Made by a program: the position numbers and the translations under genes. The notes under the pieces were generated by a model. That model was not told where the DNA came from. It did no database searches and saw only the letters and a program-made list of their open reading frames with translations. Positions 47,003 through 56,931 of a stretch of 64,000 bases of DNA are shown one piece after another. The DNA is from Vicinamibacteria bacterium (GTDB lineage Bacteria; Acidobacteriota; Vicinamibacteria; Fen-336), in the NCBI GenBank assembly GCA_023701125.1, contig JAMPXO010000003.1, positions 32,391-96,390 on the forward strand. Direction: 5' to 3'. Within the stretch, counting starts at the first letter, position 1. Each line of letters opens with the position of its first letter.

Positions 47003-47805
47003 AGGATGCCGTCGATAGCGTGATCGCCGAGCGCGAACGGCTCGACCGGGGCTTCCCGGCCGGGCTCGTGATGTCGCTGGCCGGTCACCTGCTGATCGCG
47101 GGGGCCGCGTTCGCGCTGCCGATCCTGATGCCGGCCAAGCCGAAGCTGCAGGTCTCGATCGGCATCGCCATCCCGATCCCGCGTGGGGGCGGCGGCAGCC
47201 CGACGGCCGGCTCGCCCGACGGCGGCGCCGCACAGCAGCCCCCGGTCACCCAGGCCCCGGAGCCGGAACCGCCCAAGCCCGAGCCTGTCAAGGTCGTGAA
47301 GCCCCCGAAGGAAGCCGAGCGCAAGGGCCTGCCCGACCCGAAGGCGGACAAGAAGAAGGCGAAGGCGAAGAAGCCCGAGCCCGCGCGGCCGTCCAGCACC
47401 ACGTCCGCGAAGTCCACCGCGAGCAAGAAACCGGCCGGCACCGGGGCGCAGAGCACGACCGCCTCCAGCGCGACCCCGGGGGTGGGACTCGGTCCGGTCG
47501 GACCCGGGCTGCCTGGCGGCACGACCTCGACCGGCGACTGGTACCTTGCGGCCGTCCAGCAGAAGATCTGGATGATCTGGAATCAGCAGCTCCGGACCGG
47601 CACGTATCCGCCGGTGACTGTTCGCTTCACCATCCTCGGCGACGGCCAGGTCACCGACGTCGCCATCGTCCAGTCGAGCGGGCAATACCTGCTCGACCAG
47701 GCGGCCCAGCGGGCCGTGCTCACCGCCGGGCCATTCTCGCCGCTGCCCAGGAGCTATGACACCAAGGCCTTCACACTCCAGGCCGTCTTCCAGCCGGTCG
47801 GTTAG
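46999..47805 (+). CDS. tolA: TolA-position energy transducer with TonB-type C-terminal domain
   Basis: The TTG start overlaps the tolR stop (TTGA). N-terminal TM, a Pro/Lys/Ala-rich linker, and a TonB_C-like C-terminus (VTVRFTILGDGQVTDVAIVQSSG). Confidence 0.7.
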   Translation: MKDAVDSVIAERERLDRGFPAGLVMSLAGHLLIAGAAFALPILMPAKPKLQVSIGIAIPIPRGGGGSPTAGSPDGGAAQQPPVTQAPEPEPPKPEPVKVVKPPKEAERKGLPDPKADKKKAKAKKPEPARPSSTTSAKSTASKKPAGTGAQSTTASSATPGVGLGPVGPGLPGGTTSTGDWYLAAVQQKIWMIWNQQLRTGTYPPVTVRFTILGDGQVTDVAIVQSSGQYLLDQAAQRAVLTAGPFSPLPRSYDTKAFTLQAVFQPVG

Positions 47806-49141
47806 CCTCGGCGCCGCCGTCGCGGCGCTGGTGCTCGTACTGACGGGCCGAGAGGCGACGCCTGTCCTTGCGGCGCCCCAGGCCCCGCCTCCCGACACCC
47901 AGATCGTGATCACGAGCGGGACCCAGGGTCCGCGGCTGGCGATCGCCGACTGCGCGCCGCGGCGCGAGGACCCCGCCCTGCGCGCGGCGTGCGGCACCAT
48001 CTCCCAGGTGCTCCGCGCCGACCTGCGCTTCGAGGGACTGTTCCAGTTCGTGCCCGACAGCCTGCTGCGCGCGATCCCGCCGCTCAACCCCGAGTCCCCC
48101 AACATGGAGGACTGGAAGTCGATCGGCGCCGGGGTGCTGGTCGTGACCCGCGTCGACGGCACCGCAGCCGAGCTCGGCGTCGACCTGCGCGTCTACTTCG
48201 TGGAGAACGGCCAGGTGATGCTGGCCAAGCGCTACGCCGGCCCGGCCAGGAACCCGCGCGTGTTCGCCCACCAGGCCTCGGACGACATCGTGCTGCTGAC
48301 CCAGAACCGGGGGGTCGCCCGCACCAAGATCGCCTTTTCCTCCGACCGCGACGCGACCAAGGAGCGCCGCGCGAAGGAGATCTACATCATGGATTACGAC
48401 GGGTTCAACCCGCGCCGGGTCACGGTCAACAACTCGCTGAACATCCTGCCGAACTGGACGCCGGACGCCACCGGGCTCGCCTACGTCTCCTACCGCCAGG
48501 GCCGGCCGCTGGTCTTCCTGTCGCGGATCTACGCGGGGACCAACACCCCGAACCTGACCGGCGAGAAAGAGTCGAGCCAGGCCTTCGCCCCGTCCTTCAG
48601 CCCGGACGGATCGCGCATCGCCTGGGCCAGCAACCGCAGCGGCAACATGGAGGTGTGGGTTGCCAACGCCGACGGCTCCGGGGCCCACGCGGTGACCCAG
48701 AGCGCGGCCTCGGACACGGCCCCGACCTGGAGCCCCACCGGCCGCGAGATCGCCTTCACCTCGAACCGCGGCGGCACGCCCCAGATCTACGTGATGGACG
48801 CCGAGGGCCTGAACGTGCGCCGGCTCTCGACGGTCGGCAATTACAACGACGCCCCGTCGTGGAACCCGAACAAGCAGTTCCTCGAGGTCGCCTACACCTC
48901 TCGGCTGGAGGGCCAGTTCCAGATCGCGATCGTCGACATCGCCAGCGGCCAGGTCCGTCAGATCACCGAGAACCGCGGCTCGTGCGAGTACCCGACCTGG
49001 GCGCCCTCGGGTCGGCACCTCGCGTTCTCGTGCCAGCGCGGCGCGACGTGGCAGATCCACGTCGCGGACCGCGAGGGGCGCATCGTGCAACCGCTCCAGG
49101 CCGGGCCGGGCAGCAACGTCCAGCCCGACTGGAGCAATTGA
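47756..49141 (+). CDS. tolB: Tol-Pal system beta-propeller protein TolB
   Basis: TolB N-domain plus repeated ...P.WSPDG..IAF.S.R.G...I... blades. The ATG 47756 start overlaps tolA by 50 nt. Confidence 0.85.
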   Translation: MTPRPSHSRPSSSRSVSLGAAVAALVLVLTGREATPVLAAPQAPPPDTQIVITSGTQGPRLAIADCAPRREDPALRAACGTISQVLRADLRFEGLFQFVPDSLLRAIPPLNPESPNMEDWKSIGAGVLVVTRVDGTAAELGVDLRVYFVENGQVMLAKRYAGPARNPRVFAHQASDDIVLLTQNRGVARTKIAFSSDRDATKERRAKEIYIMDYDGFNPRRVTVNNSLNILPNWTPDATGLAYVSYRQGRPLVFLSRIYAGTNTPNLTGEKESSQAFAPSFSPDGSRIAWASNRSGNMEVWVANADGSGAHAVTQSAASDTAPTWSPTGREIAFTSNRGGTPQIYVMDAEGLNVRRLSTVGNYNDAPSWNPNKQFLEVAYTSRLEGQFQIAIVDIASGQVRQITENRGSCEYPTWAPSGRHLAFSCQRGATWQIHVADREGRIVQPLQAGPGSNVQPDWSN

Positions 49142-49155
49142 GGAGCGAACCCGAG

Positions 49156-49731
49156 ATGCACGCCCGACGTCTGAACCTGCTCGCGGCCGTGGTGCTGGCC
49201 GTCTTCGCCCTGGCCTGCGGCGGCGGCAAGCGCCCGTCCGCGCTCACCCAGCCCCCGCCCCCGCCCCCGCCCGGCACCGGCTCCACGTACGGCGGCCCGC
49301 GGCCGCAGCCCGTCGATGCCGGTCCCGACGTGGTGCCGCTCGACGGCGAGGGCGTGGCCGCTTCCGATTTCGAGGAGTCGCGCGCCGACGGCGAAGGCGG
49401 GCCGCTGGCCGACGTGCTGTTCGGCTACGACCAGGCCAACCTGTCGGACGAGGGCCGCGCGCTCGTGGAGCGTCACGCGGTCTGGCTCCAGGCCCGTCGC
49501 GAGGCCAAGATCATCATCGAGGGCCACTGCGACGAGCGCGGCACCGTGGAGTACAACCTCGCCCTCGGCGAGTTGCGGGCCAGGGCCGTCCGCGACCTGC
49601 TGGTCAGCCTCGGCGTCGACGGGGCGCGGCTGAACGTCGTCTCCTACGGCAAGGAGCGGCCCCTCGACGGCGGCTCGGGCGAGGCGTCCTGGGCCCGGAA
49701 CCGGCGCGCGCACTTCGTCGTCCGCCGCTGA
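49156..49731 (+). CDS. pal: peptidoglycan-associated lipoprotein (OmpA-family)
   Basis: GAGGAG Shine-Dalgarno upstream. Lipobox VFALAC|G. OmpA_C motifs GHCDERGTVEYNLALGELRA and NRR. Confidence 0.9.
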   Translation: MHARRLNLLAAVVLAVFALACGGGKRPSALTQPPPPPPPGTGSTYGGPRPQPVDAGPDVVPLDGEGVAASDFEESRADGEGGPLADVLFGYDQANLSDEGRALVERHAVWLQARREAKIIIEGHCDERGTVEYNLALGELRARAVRDLLVSLGVDGARLNVVSYGKERPLDGGSGEASWARNRRAHFVVRR

Positions 49732-49834
49732 CGGTCACCACGACTTTCGCGCCGGGCGCGGTCCTCCCGCGGTCTGGCGATTGTCTACCATGCGCCGCAT
49801 GACGGTTGCGGCGCGCTCGATCGAGGAGGTCCCC

Positions 49835-50632
49835 GTGATCCGCCGCACTCTCGCGTTCGCCCTGCTCGTCGCCCTCGTGGCCGTGCCCGCGCGAGCGGAC
49901 GACAAGCAGGAGATCCAGCGCCTCCAGGTCCAGGTGGCGACGCTGCAGGTCCAGGTCTCAGACCTGCTTCGCCTGGGCCAGGACAACCAGCGCGAGATCA
50001 AGCGCCTCAACGAAGCTCTCGCGGAACAGACGCAGCTCGTCCGCAAGCTCGTGCAGGACCAGCGCCTGCAGCTCGAGTCGTTGCAGACCGCGATGCGCGA
50101 GAACGGTGAGCGCCTCGCCGAGATGGGCGAACGCCTCCAGGGCCTGCAGGGTTCGGCCCTGCCCCCGGCCGGCTATGCCCCGGCGCCGACGGCTGCGCCG
50201 GGTGCGGCAACCGACCCCGCGGCTCCCGGCGCCACGCCGCCCGCGGGCGCCGCGGCCCCGCCCCCGCGCGAGCTCTACACCCAGGCCTACGCCGACTTCG
50301 CGCGCGGCAACTACGATCTCGCCATCCAGGGCTTCCAGGAGTACCTGCGCAACTACTCCGGCACCGACTTCGCCGACAACGCGCAGTACTGGATCGGCGA
50401 GTGCCTCTACGGGAAGCTCAAGTACGAGGAGGCGATCGAGGCGTGGAACGGGCTGCTGCGCGACTACGCCGCCAGCGACAAGCTGCCCGACGCGCGGGTC
50501 AAGAAGGGCATGGCGCTCGAGAAGCTCGGCCGCCGCTCCCAGGCCCAGCTCGAGTACCGCTTCGTCGTCGAGCGCTTCCCCAACACCCAGGCCGCGCGCA
50601 TCGCGCGCGAGAAGCTCAACCCCCAGCAGTAA
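49835..50632 (+). CDS. cpoB: Tol-Pal system protein CpoB/YbgF (coiled coil + TPR)
   Basis: GTG 49835 lies 5 nt after GAGGAGG. Signal peptide, coiled coil, and the TPR block YTQAYADFARGNYDLAIQGFQEYL. Confidence 0.85.
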   Translation: MIRRTLAFALLVALVAVPARADDKQEIQRLQVQVATLQVQVSDLLRLGQDNQREIKRLNEALAEQTQLVRKLVQDQRLQLESLQTAMRENGERLAEMGERLQGLQGSALPPAGYAPAPTAAPGAATDPAAPGATPPAGAAAPPPRELYTQAYADFARGNYDLAIQGFQEYLRNYSGTDFADNAQYWIGECLYGKLKYEEAIEAWNGLLRDYAASDKLPDARVKKGMALEKLGRRSQAQLEYRFVVERFPNTQAARIAREKLNPQQ

Positions 50633-50653
50633 GGCTTTCGCGAAGGAGATCGC

Positions 50654-51097
50654 ATGGCCAGCGTCAACAAGGTGATCCTGATCGGCAACCTCGGGCGAGA
50701 CCCCGAGATCCGGTACACGCAGGGCGGCGAGCCGATCGCCAACTTCTCGGTCGCCACCAGCGAGCGCTGGACCGACAAGTCCGGCCAGAAGCAGGAGCGC
50801 ACGGCCTGGCACCGGGTCGAGGTGTTCGGCAAGACCGCGCAGATCGCCAAGGACTACCTGTCCAAGGGCCGCCCGGTCTACCTCGAGGGCAGCATCTACT
50901 ACGACGAGTGGACCGACAAGGACGGCAACAAGCGCAACAGCACCAAGATCCGGATCTCGGGCCCCAACTCGAAGCTGGTTCTGCTCGGCTCGCGCGGGGA
51001 AGGCGGCGCAGGCGGTGGCGGCTCGCGTGGCGGCTCGCCCGACGAGGGCCCGGCCGGGGAGGACTTCGTTCCCGGCGACGAGGACGTCCCGTTCTAG
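50654..51097 (+). CDS. ssb: single-stranded DNA-binding protein
   Basis: AAGGAG Shine-Dalgarno upstream. MASVNKVILIGNLGRDPEIRYT OB fold, a Gly-rich linker, and the acidic tip DEDVPF. Confidence 0.95.
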   Translation: MASVNKVILIGNLGRDPEIRYTQGGEPIANFSVATSERWTDKSGQKQERTAWHRVEVFGKTAQIAKDYLSKGRPVYLEGSIYYDEWTDKDGNKRNSTKIRISGPNSKLVLLGSRGEGGAGGGGSRGGSPDEGPAGEDFVPGDEDVPF

Positions 51098-51114
51098 CCC
51101 ACGGGCGCGCTCCG

Positions 51115-52191
51115 GTGACAGCGGTCGCCGGCCTCCTGCCGATCGCTCGCTGGGCGACGCCGTACGTCTGCTCCCAGGCCCAAGTGGCCGAGCGCGTGCG
51201 CGCTTGGCTCGGCGAACCGGGTACCCCGCCCTCGCTGCAGCGGTTGATGGCGGTGTACGCGGTGGCCGGCGTCGAGGCGCGCTCGTCGGCGCTGCCGATC
51301 GACGAGATCTTCGCGGGCAGCGACTTCGAGTCCCGGAACGACCGCTACGCTGCGGTGATGATCGAGGCCGCCACCGCCGCCTCCCGCGAAGCGCTGGCGC
51401 TCGCCGGCGTGGATGGGACGTCGATCGGCCTCGTCACCAGCGTCTCGTGCACGGGCTTCATGATCCCGGCCGTCGATGCTCACGTCGCCAACGCGCTCCG
51501 GCTCGGGCCGCGCCTGGCCCGGCTGCCGATCACGCAGAGCGGCTGCGCGGGTGGCGCCGTCGGCCTCGCGCGCACCGTCGACTTCCTGGCGGCGCATCCC
51601 GCGCAGGCGGCACTGCTGATCGCGGCGGAGTTCCCGTCGCTGACGTTCCAGCGCTGGGATCGGTCGGCCACCAACGTGATCTCCACCGCGCTGTTCGGCG
51701 ACGGGGCCGCCGCGTGCGTGCTGGTCGGCCGCGACCACCCCCGCTTCGCCTCGGCACCGGTGCACTGGGAGCACGCGGCCAGCCGCTTCTTCGCGGACTC
51801 GCTGCCGATGATGGGCTTCCGGCTCCGCAATCCCGGCCTGCAGATCATCCTCGACAAGGGCCTGGCCCCGTTCGTGCGCCGCCACGCGGGCGAGGCGCTG
51901 GCCACATTTCTCGATGAAGCGCAGGTCTCCCGCGACGAGCTGACGCGCTTCGCGCTCCACCCCGGGGGGCGCAAGGTGATCGAGGGCCTCGCCTCCGCCT
52001 GGGGCCTCACCGCAGCGGACCTCGAGGCCACCCGCCGAGTGCTGCGCGAGCGCGGCAACATGAGCTCGGTGACCGTTCTCCACGTGCTCGCCGAGGTGCT
52101 CGCGGAGCGGCCTGCGGCAGGCGAGCGCGGCCTGCTGGTCGCGTTCGGGCCGGGTTTCGGAGCCGAACTGGCGCTACTGCGCTTCACGTGA
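51115..52191 (+). CDS. type III polyketide synthase (chalcone/stilbene-synthase family)
   Basis: GTG 51115 in ORF 50401..52191. Catalytic Cys in VSCTGFMIPA, His in ALHPGGRKV, Asn in RGNMSSVTV. Confidence 0.85.
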   Translation: MTAVAGLLPIARWATPYVCSQAQVAERVRAWLGEPGTPPSLQRLMAVYAVAGVEARSSALPIDEIFAGSDFESRNDRYAAVMIEAATAASREALALAGVDGTSIGLVTSVSCTGFMIPAVDAHVANALRLGPRLARLPITQSGCAGGAVGLARTVDFLAAHPAQAALLIAAEFPSLTFQRWDRSATNVISTALFGDGAAACVLVGRDHPRFASAPVHWEHAASRFFADSLPMMGFRLRNPGLQIILDKGLAPFVRRHAGEALATFLDEAQVSRDELTRFALHPGGRKVIEGLASAWGLTAADLEATRRVLRERGNMSSVTVLHVLAEVLAERPAAGERGLLVAFGPGFGAELALLRFT

Positions 52192-52889
52192 GCCGGCTGC
52201 CCGACCTCCGCGAGCGGTCGCGCGAGCCGGAGTTGCTGGACCTCGGCGGGGTGCCCGACCACGAAGTCGCGGCCTCGCTCGCCGACATCCGCTTCGTGAA
52301 CACCTGGCTCGGCGGCCACCGGACGTTCGCGATGGTGCTGCGGCCCTTCCTCGCCGAGGCCCGAAAACGCGGCGGGCCGCTGACGCTGCTCGACGTCGGC
52401 TGCGGTTCGGCCGACCTGCCCTCCCACCTGCAGGCGCGCGAGCCGAGGCTGGTCCGCGCGTTCGGCGTCGACCTCAAGCCCGGGCACCTGCGCCAGGCCC
52501 CCGCCTCGATTCACCGCGTGGCCGGCGACGTGTTCGCGCCTCCTTTTGCGGAGCGCTCCTTCGACGTCGTGGCCTGCTCGTTGTTTCTCCATCACCTCGA
52601 CGGCGACGACGTTCCACGGGTGCTCTCGTCCCTCTGGCGCCTGGCCCGCCGGGCGCTGGTCGTCAACGACCTGCGCCGTGCCCAGGTCCCGCACGCGTTC
52701 GCGCGGCTGGTCTTCCCCCACCTCTTCCGCTCCCCGGTCAGCGTGCATGACGGCCTGGTGTCGATCCGCCGCTCCTTCACGCCCGGCGAGTTGCGCGAGG
52801 CCTTCGCCGCCGCGGGCTTGCCCGCCCCGACCGTGACCCGCGTCTTCCCCTACCGCCTCGCCGCCGTCGTGCGACGCGAGTCGCCGTGA
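52188..52889 (+). CDS. class I SAM-dependent methyltransferase (SrsB-like by context)
   Basis: Start overlaps the PKS stop (GTGA). Motif [12 protein letters not shown]. 233 aa. Confidence 0.8.
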   Translation: MSRLPDLRERSREPELLDLGGVPDHEVAASLADIRFVNTWLGGHRTFAMVLRPFLAEARKRGGPLTLLDVGCGSADLPSHLQAREPRLVRAFGVDLKPGHLRQAPASIHRVAGDVFAPPFAERSFDVVACSLFLHHLDGDDVPRVLSSLWRLARRALVVNDLRRAQVPHAFARLVFPHLFRSPVSVHDGLVSIRRSFTPGELREAFAAAGLPAPTVTRVFPYRLAAVVRRESP

Positions 52890-54094
52890 GCCAGGCGGAG
52901 CGCGAGGTCGTGATCGTGGGTGGCGGCCCGGCCGGTGCCGCCGCGGCGCTGTTCCTGCGGCAGCAGGGCGTCGACGTGCTGCTGCTCGAAGCCGCCCGTT
53001 TTCCCCGCGACAAGATCTGCGGCGAGGGCGTGTCGCCCGAGGCCTGGCGGCTGTTGCGAGCGATGGGGGCCGCAGAGGACGTCGCCCGACTCGCGCCGCG
53101 GCCGCTGCGCGGCATGCGCGTGATCGCGCCCGACGGAACGGTCTTCGAGGGCGTCTACCGGCGCGGCGGCGAGACGCTGACCGGGTTCGCGGTGCGCCGG
53201 ACGCGCCTCGACGCCACCCTGCTCGACGCCGCCCGCCGCGCGGGAGCGGAAGTCCGCGAGGGCGCCCGGGTTGCCGAGGCCGTTCGGTCCGCTGGCGGCG
53301 TCACCGGCGTCCGGATGCAGGACGGCGAATCGATCCGGGCCCGCTTCGTGCTCGGCTGCGACGGCCGCTGGGGGGCCTGCGCGCGGGCCGTGGGCGGCCT
53401 GCGCGGATCCCGCTTCTTCCGGCGCTTCGCGTTGCGCCTTCACCTCGAAGGCGTGGCGGGCCTTGGCTCCGTCGGCGAAATGCACGTGGGCCGCGGCGGG
53501 TACTGCGGCATCGCCCCGCTCTCGGACACGTCGGCCAACGTGGCCTTCGTGCTGGACGCTTCCGCCTTCGCCGCCGCGGCCGGCCGGCTCGAGGACTTCG
53601 CCCGCGAGACGCTCGCGCAGCGCTTCCCCGCGGTCGCGGCCCGCTGTCGCGACGCCAAGTGGCTGGGACCGCCGCGCGCCATCGGGCCGCTCGCGGTCTC
53701 GGTCCCCCGCCGCGCCCTGCCCGGCCTCCTGCTCCTGGGGGACGCCGCAGGCTTCTACGATCCCTTCACCGGCGAAGGCGTGACCCTCGCCCTGCGCAGC
53801 GCCGAACTCGCCGTCGGGCCCGTGGTCGACGCCCTGCACGGCCGCGTGTCGTCTGCGGCTGCCGCCGCGCGCTACGAGCGCGAGTATGCTGGCGCCACTC
53901 GCGACAAGTTCCGCCTCAACCGCCTGCTGCAGTGGGTCGTGGCCTGGCCGGCGGTCGCCAACGCGGTCGCCCGCCGCTTGCGCGCGCGCCCGCGCACGTG
54001 CGACGAACTGGTCGGCATCGCCGGCGATTTCGTGCCGGCGCGGCGCGCCCTGGGCCCCCGCTTCCTGCTCCAGTTGCTCCAGCCCGGCGCCTGA
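52886..54094 (+). CDS. FAD-dependent oxidoreductase, geranylgeranyl-reductase/aromatic-hydroxylase family (SrsC-like by context)
   Basis: Start overlaps the methyltransferase stop (GTGA). [17 protein letters not shown] dinucleotide fold, [25 protein letters not shown]. Confidence 0.8.
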   Translation: MSQAEREVVIVGGGPAGAAAALFLRQQGVDVLLLEAARFPRDKICGEGVSPEAWRLLRAMGAAEDVARLAPRPLRGMRVIAPDGTVFEGVYRRGGETLTGFAVRRTRLDATLLDAARRAGAEVREGARVAEAVRSAGGVTGVRMQDGESIRARFVLGCDGRWGACARAVGGLRGSRFFRRFALRLHLEGVAGLGSVGEMHVGRGGYCGIAPLSDTSANVAFVLDASAFAAAAGRLEDFARETLAQRFPAVAARCRDAKWLGPPRAIGPLAVSVPRRALPGLLLLGDAAGFYDPFTGEGVTLALRSAELAVGPVVDALHGRVSSAAAAARYEREYAGATRDKFRLNRLLQWVVAWPAVANAVARRLRARPRTCDELVGIAGDFVPARRALGPRFLLQLLQPGA

Positions 54095-54183
54095 CGGCGG
54101 GCCCGAAACCGGGGGGCGGCTCCGCGGGGGGTGCAGTAGAATTCCTTTTTCTCGGCAGCCTGCCGTTCCCGGAGGTAATTCGC

Positions 54184-56298
54184 GTGGCCACGACCGCCCT
54201 CAGCCAGGAGACCGGACTCGACCGCCAGACTCTGGTGGGGATCTACCGGACGATGTACCAGTCGCGCCGGGTCGACGACAAGGAGATCCAGCTCAAGCGC
54301 CAGAACAAGATCTTCTTCCAGATCAGCGGCGCGGGCCACGAAGCGGTGCTGGCGGCGGCGGGCCTCGTGCTCAAGCCCAACCACGACTGGTTCTACGCGT
54401 ACTACCGCGACCGCGCGCTGATGCTGGCGCTGGGCATGACGCCGCTGGAGATGCTGCTCTCCGCGACCGGCGCCGCGGACGACCCGAACTCCGGCGGCCG
54501 CCAGATGCCCTCGCACTGGGGTCACGCGGGCCTCAACATCGTCACCAAGTCTTCGCCCACCGGCACCCAGTTCCTGCAGGCGGTCGGCTGCGCGGAGGCC
54601 GGCATCTACGCTGCCGCCCAGGAGGGAGCCGGCACGAAGCTCGGGCTGCCCTTCCGCTCGGACGAAATCGTGTACGTCTCGACCGGCGACGGCACGACGT
54701 CCGAGGGCGAGTTCTGGGAGAGCCTCAACACCGCCTGCAATCGCAAGCTGCCCGTCCTCTACCTGGTCGAAGACAACGGCTACGCGATCTCGGTCCCGGT
54801 CGAGGTCCAGACGGCCGGTGGCAGCATCTCGAAGCTGGTCTCTTCCTTCCCCAACCTGCTGGTGCGCGAGGTGGACGGTTGCGACCCGCTGGCGAGCCTC
54901 GGCACCCTGCGCGAGGCGGCGACCTGGTGTCGCGAGCGACGCGGGCCTGCGCTCGTCCACGCCAAGGTGATCCGGCCGTACTCGCACTCGTTGTCCGATG
55001 ACGAGGCCCTGTACCGCCCCGGCCACGAGCGCGAGGCCGACGCGGCGCGCGACCCGCTGGTCTCCTGGCCGGCCTTCCTGCTACGCGAGGGACACGCGAC
55101 CGAGGCCGAACTGGAGGCGCTGCGCGCCGAGGTCGACCGCGAGGTGGCCGAGGCCGGCGATCTCGCCTGTGCCGCGCCCCAGCCCGAGCCGGCTTCAGCC
55201 CTGCTCCACGTCTACTCGCCCGAGGTCGACCCGACCTCGAAGGCGTTCGACACCGAGCCGGCCTTCGCGGGCGATCCCAAGACCGTCGTCGACCTGCTCA
55301 ACGCCTGCCTGCACGAGGAGATGGCTCGCGACCCGCGGGTCGTCGTCTTCGGCCAGGACGTCGCCGACTGCAGCCGCGAGGACAACCTGCCCCACGTCAA
55401 GGGCAAGGGCGGCGTGTTCAAGGTCACCCACAACCTGCAGCGGCGCTTCGGCGGTGAGCGCGTGTTCAACTCGCCGCTGGCCGAGGCCAACATCGTCGGC
55501 CGCGCGATCGGCATGGCCACCCGCGGGCTGAAGCCGGTGGTCGAGATCCAGTTCTTCGACTACATCTGGCCCGCGTACATGCAGATGCGCAACGAGCTGG
55601 CGCTGATCCGCTGGCGCTCGAACGGGGCGTTCAAGTGTCCCGCCGTCGTGCGCGTGACCTACGGCGGCTACCTCCAGGGCGGCGCCGTCTATCACTCCCA
55701 GTGCGGTGAGGTGCTGTTCACCCACATCCCCGGCCTGCGGGTCGTGCTGCCGTCGAACGCCGAGGATGCGAACGGCTTGCTGCGCACCGCGATCCGCTGC
55801 GACGACCCCGTGCTCTTCCTCGAGCACAAGCACCTGTACCGTCAGACCTACAACAAGGGCCGCAACCCCGGCCCCGACTACTGCATCCCGTTCGCCAAGG
55901 CGCGCACGGCGCGGCCCGGCAAGGACCTGACGATCGTCACCTTCGGCGCGCTCGTGCAGCGCAGCCTGGTGGCCGCCAAGCAGGTGGCCGAGAGCGACGG
56001 CATCGAGGCCGAGGTGATCGACCTGCGCACGCTGTCGCCCTACGACTGGGACGCGATCGCGGAGAGCGTGAAGCGCACTGGCAAGGTGATCGTGGCCCAG
56101 GAGGACCAGATCTCCTGGGGCTACACCGCGGAGATCGCGGCCCGCATCTCGGACGAGCTGTTCGAGTGGCTGGACGCCCCGGTCAAGCGCATCGGCGCCA
56201 CCGACACCTTCGTCGGCTACGCGCCGTCGCTCGAGGACTTCATCCTGCCCCAGATCCCGGGCATCGCCGCGGAGATCCGCAAGCTCGCCCGCTATTAG
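54184..56298 (+). CDS. 2-oxoacid dehydrogenase E1 component, fused alpha+beta subunits (TPP-dependent)
   Basis: GTG 54184 lies 8 nt after GGAGG. TPP motif [15 protein letters not shown]. The beta-like half carries [13 protein letters not shown]. 704 aa. Confidence 0.85.
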   Translation: MATTALSQETGLDRQTLVGIYRTMYQSRRVDDKEIQLKRQNKIFFQISGAGHEAVLAAAGLVLKPNHDWFYAYYRDRALMLALGMTPLEMLLSATGAADDPNSGGRQMPSHWGHAGLNIVTKSSPTGTQFLQAVGCAEAGIYAAAQEGAGTKLGLPFRSDEIVYVSTGDGTTSEGEFWESLNTACNRKLPVLYLVEDNGYAISVPVEVQTAGGSISKLVSSFPNLLVREVDGCDPLASLGTLREAATWCRERRGPALVHAKVIRPYSHSLSDDEALYRPGHEREADAARDPLVSWPAFLLREGHATEAELEALRAEVDREVAEAGDLACAAPQPEPASALLHVYSPEVDPTSKAFDTEPAFAGDPKTVVDLLNACLHEEMARDPRVVVFGQDVADCSREDNLPHVKGKGGVFKVTHNLQRRFGGERVFNSPLAEANIVGRAIGMATRGLKPVVEIQFFDYIWPAYMQMRNELALIRWRSNGAFKCPAVVRVTYGGYLQGGAVYHSQCGEVLFTHIPGLRVVLPSNAEDANGLLRTAIRCDDPVLFLEHKHLYRQTYNKGRNPGPDYCIPFAKARTARPGKDLTIVTFGALVQRSLVAAKQVAESDGIEAEVIDLRTLSPYDWDAIAESVKRTGKVIVAQEDQISWGYTAEIAARISDELFEWLDAPVKRIGATDTFVGYAPSLEDFILPQIPGIAAEIRKLARY

Positions 56299-56305
56299 GA
56301 CTAGG

Positions 56306-56560
56306 TGGGGGTGCGGGGGCGGAGGAGCGTCCGTTCGCGCCGTAGCCCCCGCGGGACCGGCGACGGGTTCACCCCGGCGCTGGAACCCTATGGGGGTGCG
56401 GGGGCGGAGGAGCGTCCGTTCGCGACGTAGCCCCCGCGGGACCGGCGACGGGTTCACCCCGGCGGTGGAACCCTATGGGGGTGCGGGGGCGGAGAGCGTC
56501 CGTTCGCGCCGTAGCCCCCGCGGGACCGGCGACGGGTTCACCCCGGCGCCGGAACCCTAT
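56306..56560 (+). repeat. three head-to-tail copies (85, 85, 84 bp) of a GC-rich hairpin repeat
   Basis: Units start at 56306, 56391 and 56476. Unit: tgggggtgcgggggcggaggagcgtccgttcgcgccgtagcccccgcgggaccggcgacgggttcaccccggcgctggaacccta. They differ by 2-3 substitutions and a 1-nt deletion. Internal 8-bp stem gcgggggc/gcccccgc. Confidence 0.95.
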
Positions 56561-56928
56561 GGCTTGCTCGTGCCGGCTCGGCCGTAGCGGTCTTCGAGGC
56601 GGACGACGTCGTCCACCTCGGGCGTCGAGACCTCGAGGATGTCCGTGTCCTCGAGTCCGGTCATGCGGTGCAGGGTGCCGGGCGTGATGTGGTAGCTCTC
56701 GCCCGGGGCCATCTCGACCCGGCGCAGCTCGCCCGGCTCGTCCTTGCCCTTGACCTCGAACAGCAGCTTTCCGCTCTGGATCAGGATCGTCTCGTCCTTG
56801 ACCTCGTGGTACTGGAGGGACAGGCTCTCGCCCTTCTTCACGTGCAGCAGCTTGCCCACGTAGCGCTCGGTGCGCGCCCACCAGACCTCGTGCCCCCAGG
56901 GCTTTTCGACCCGCTTGTGCTCGGTCAC
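56557..56928 (-). CDS. cupin-domain protein (mannose-6-phosphate-isomerase type II C-terminal-like)
   Basis: KPWGHEVWW...SLQYHEVKDETILIQSG...PGTLHR cupin motifs. 123 aa. Confidence 0.8.
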   Translation of the reverse strand: MTEHKRVEKPWGHEVWWARTERYVGKLLHVKKGESLSLQYHEVKDETILIQSGKLLFEVKGKDEPGELRRVEMAPGESYHITPGTLHRMTGLEDTDILEVSTPEVDDVVRLEDRYGRAGTSKP

Positions 56929-56931
56929 GTC

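Noticed and set aside
47200-49330. Poly-Pro/Ala/Lys tracts in TolA (47200-47480) and the PPPPPPP run in Pal (about 49255-49275) as possible DNA-level repeats
   Set aside because: These are low-complexity linker regions typical of TolA, TonB and Pal proteins. They are not discrete nucleotide repeats.
56306-56560. Tandem repeat considered as a possible CRISPR array
   Set aside because: The units are 85 bp and directly abut with no unique spacers. No cas genes are present in the window. The units have internal hairpins and occur as single copies elsewhere, so this is a REP/MITE-like or terminator-type repeat.
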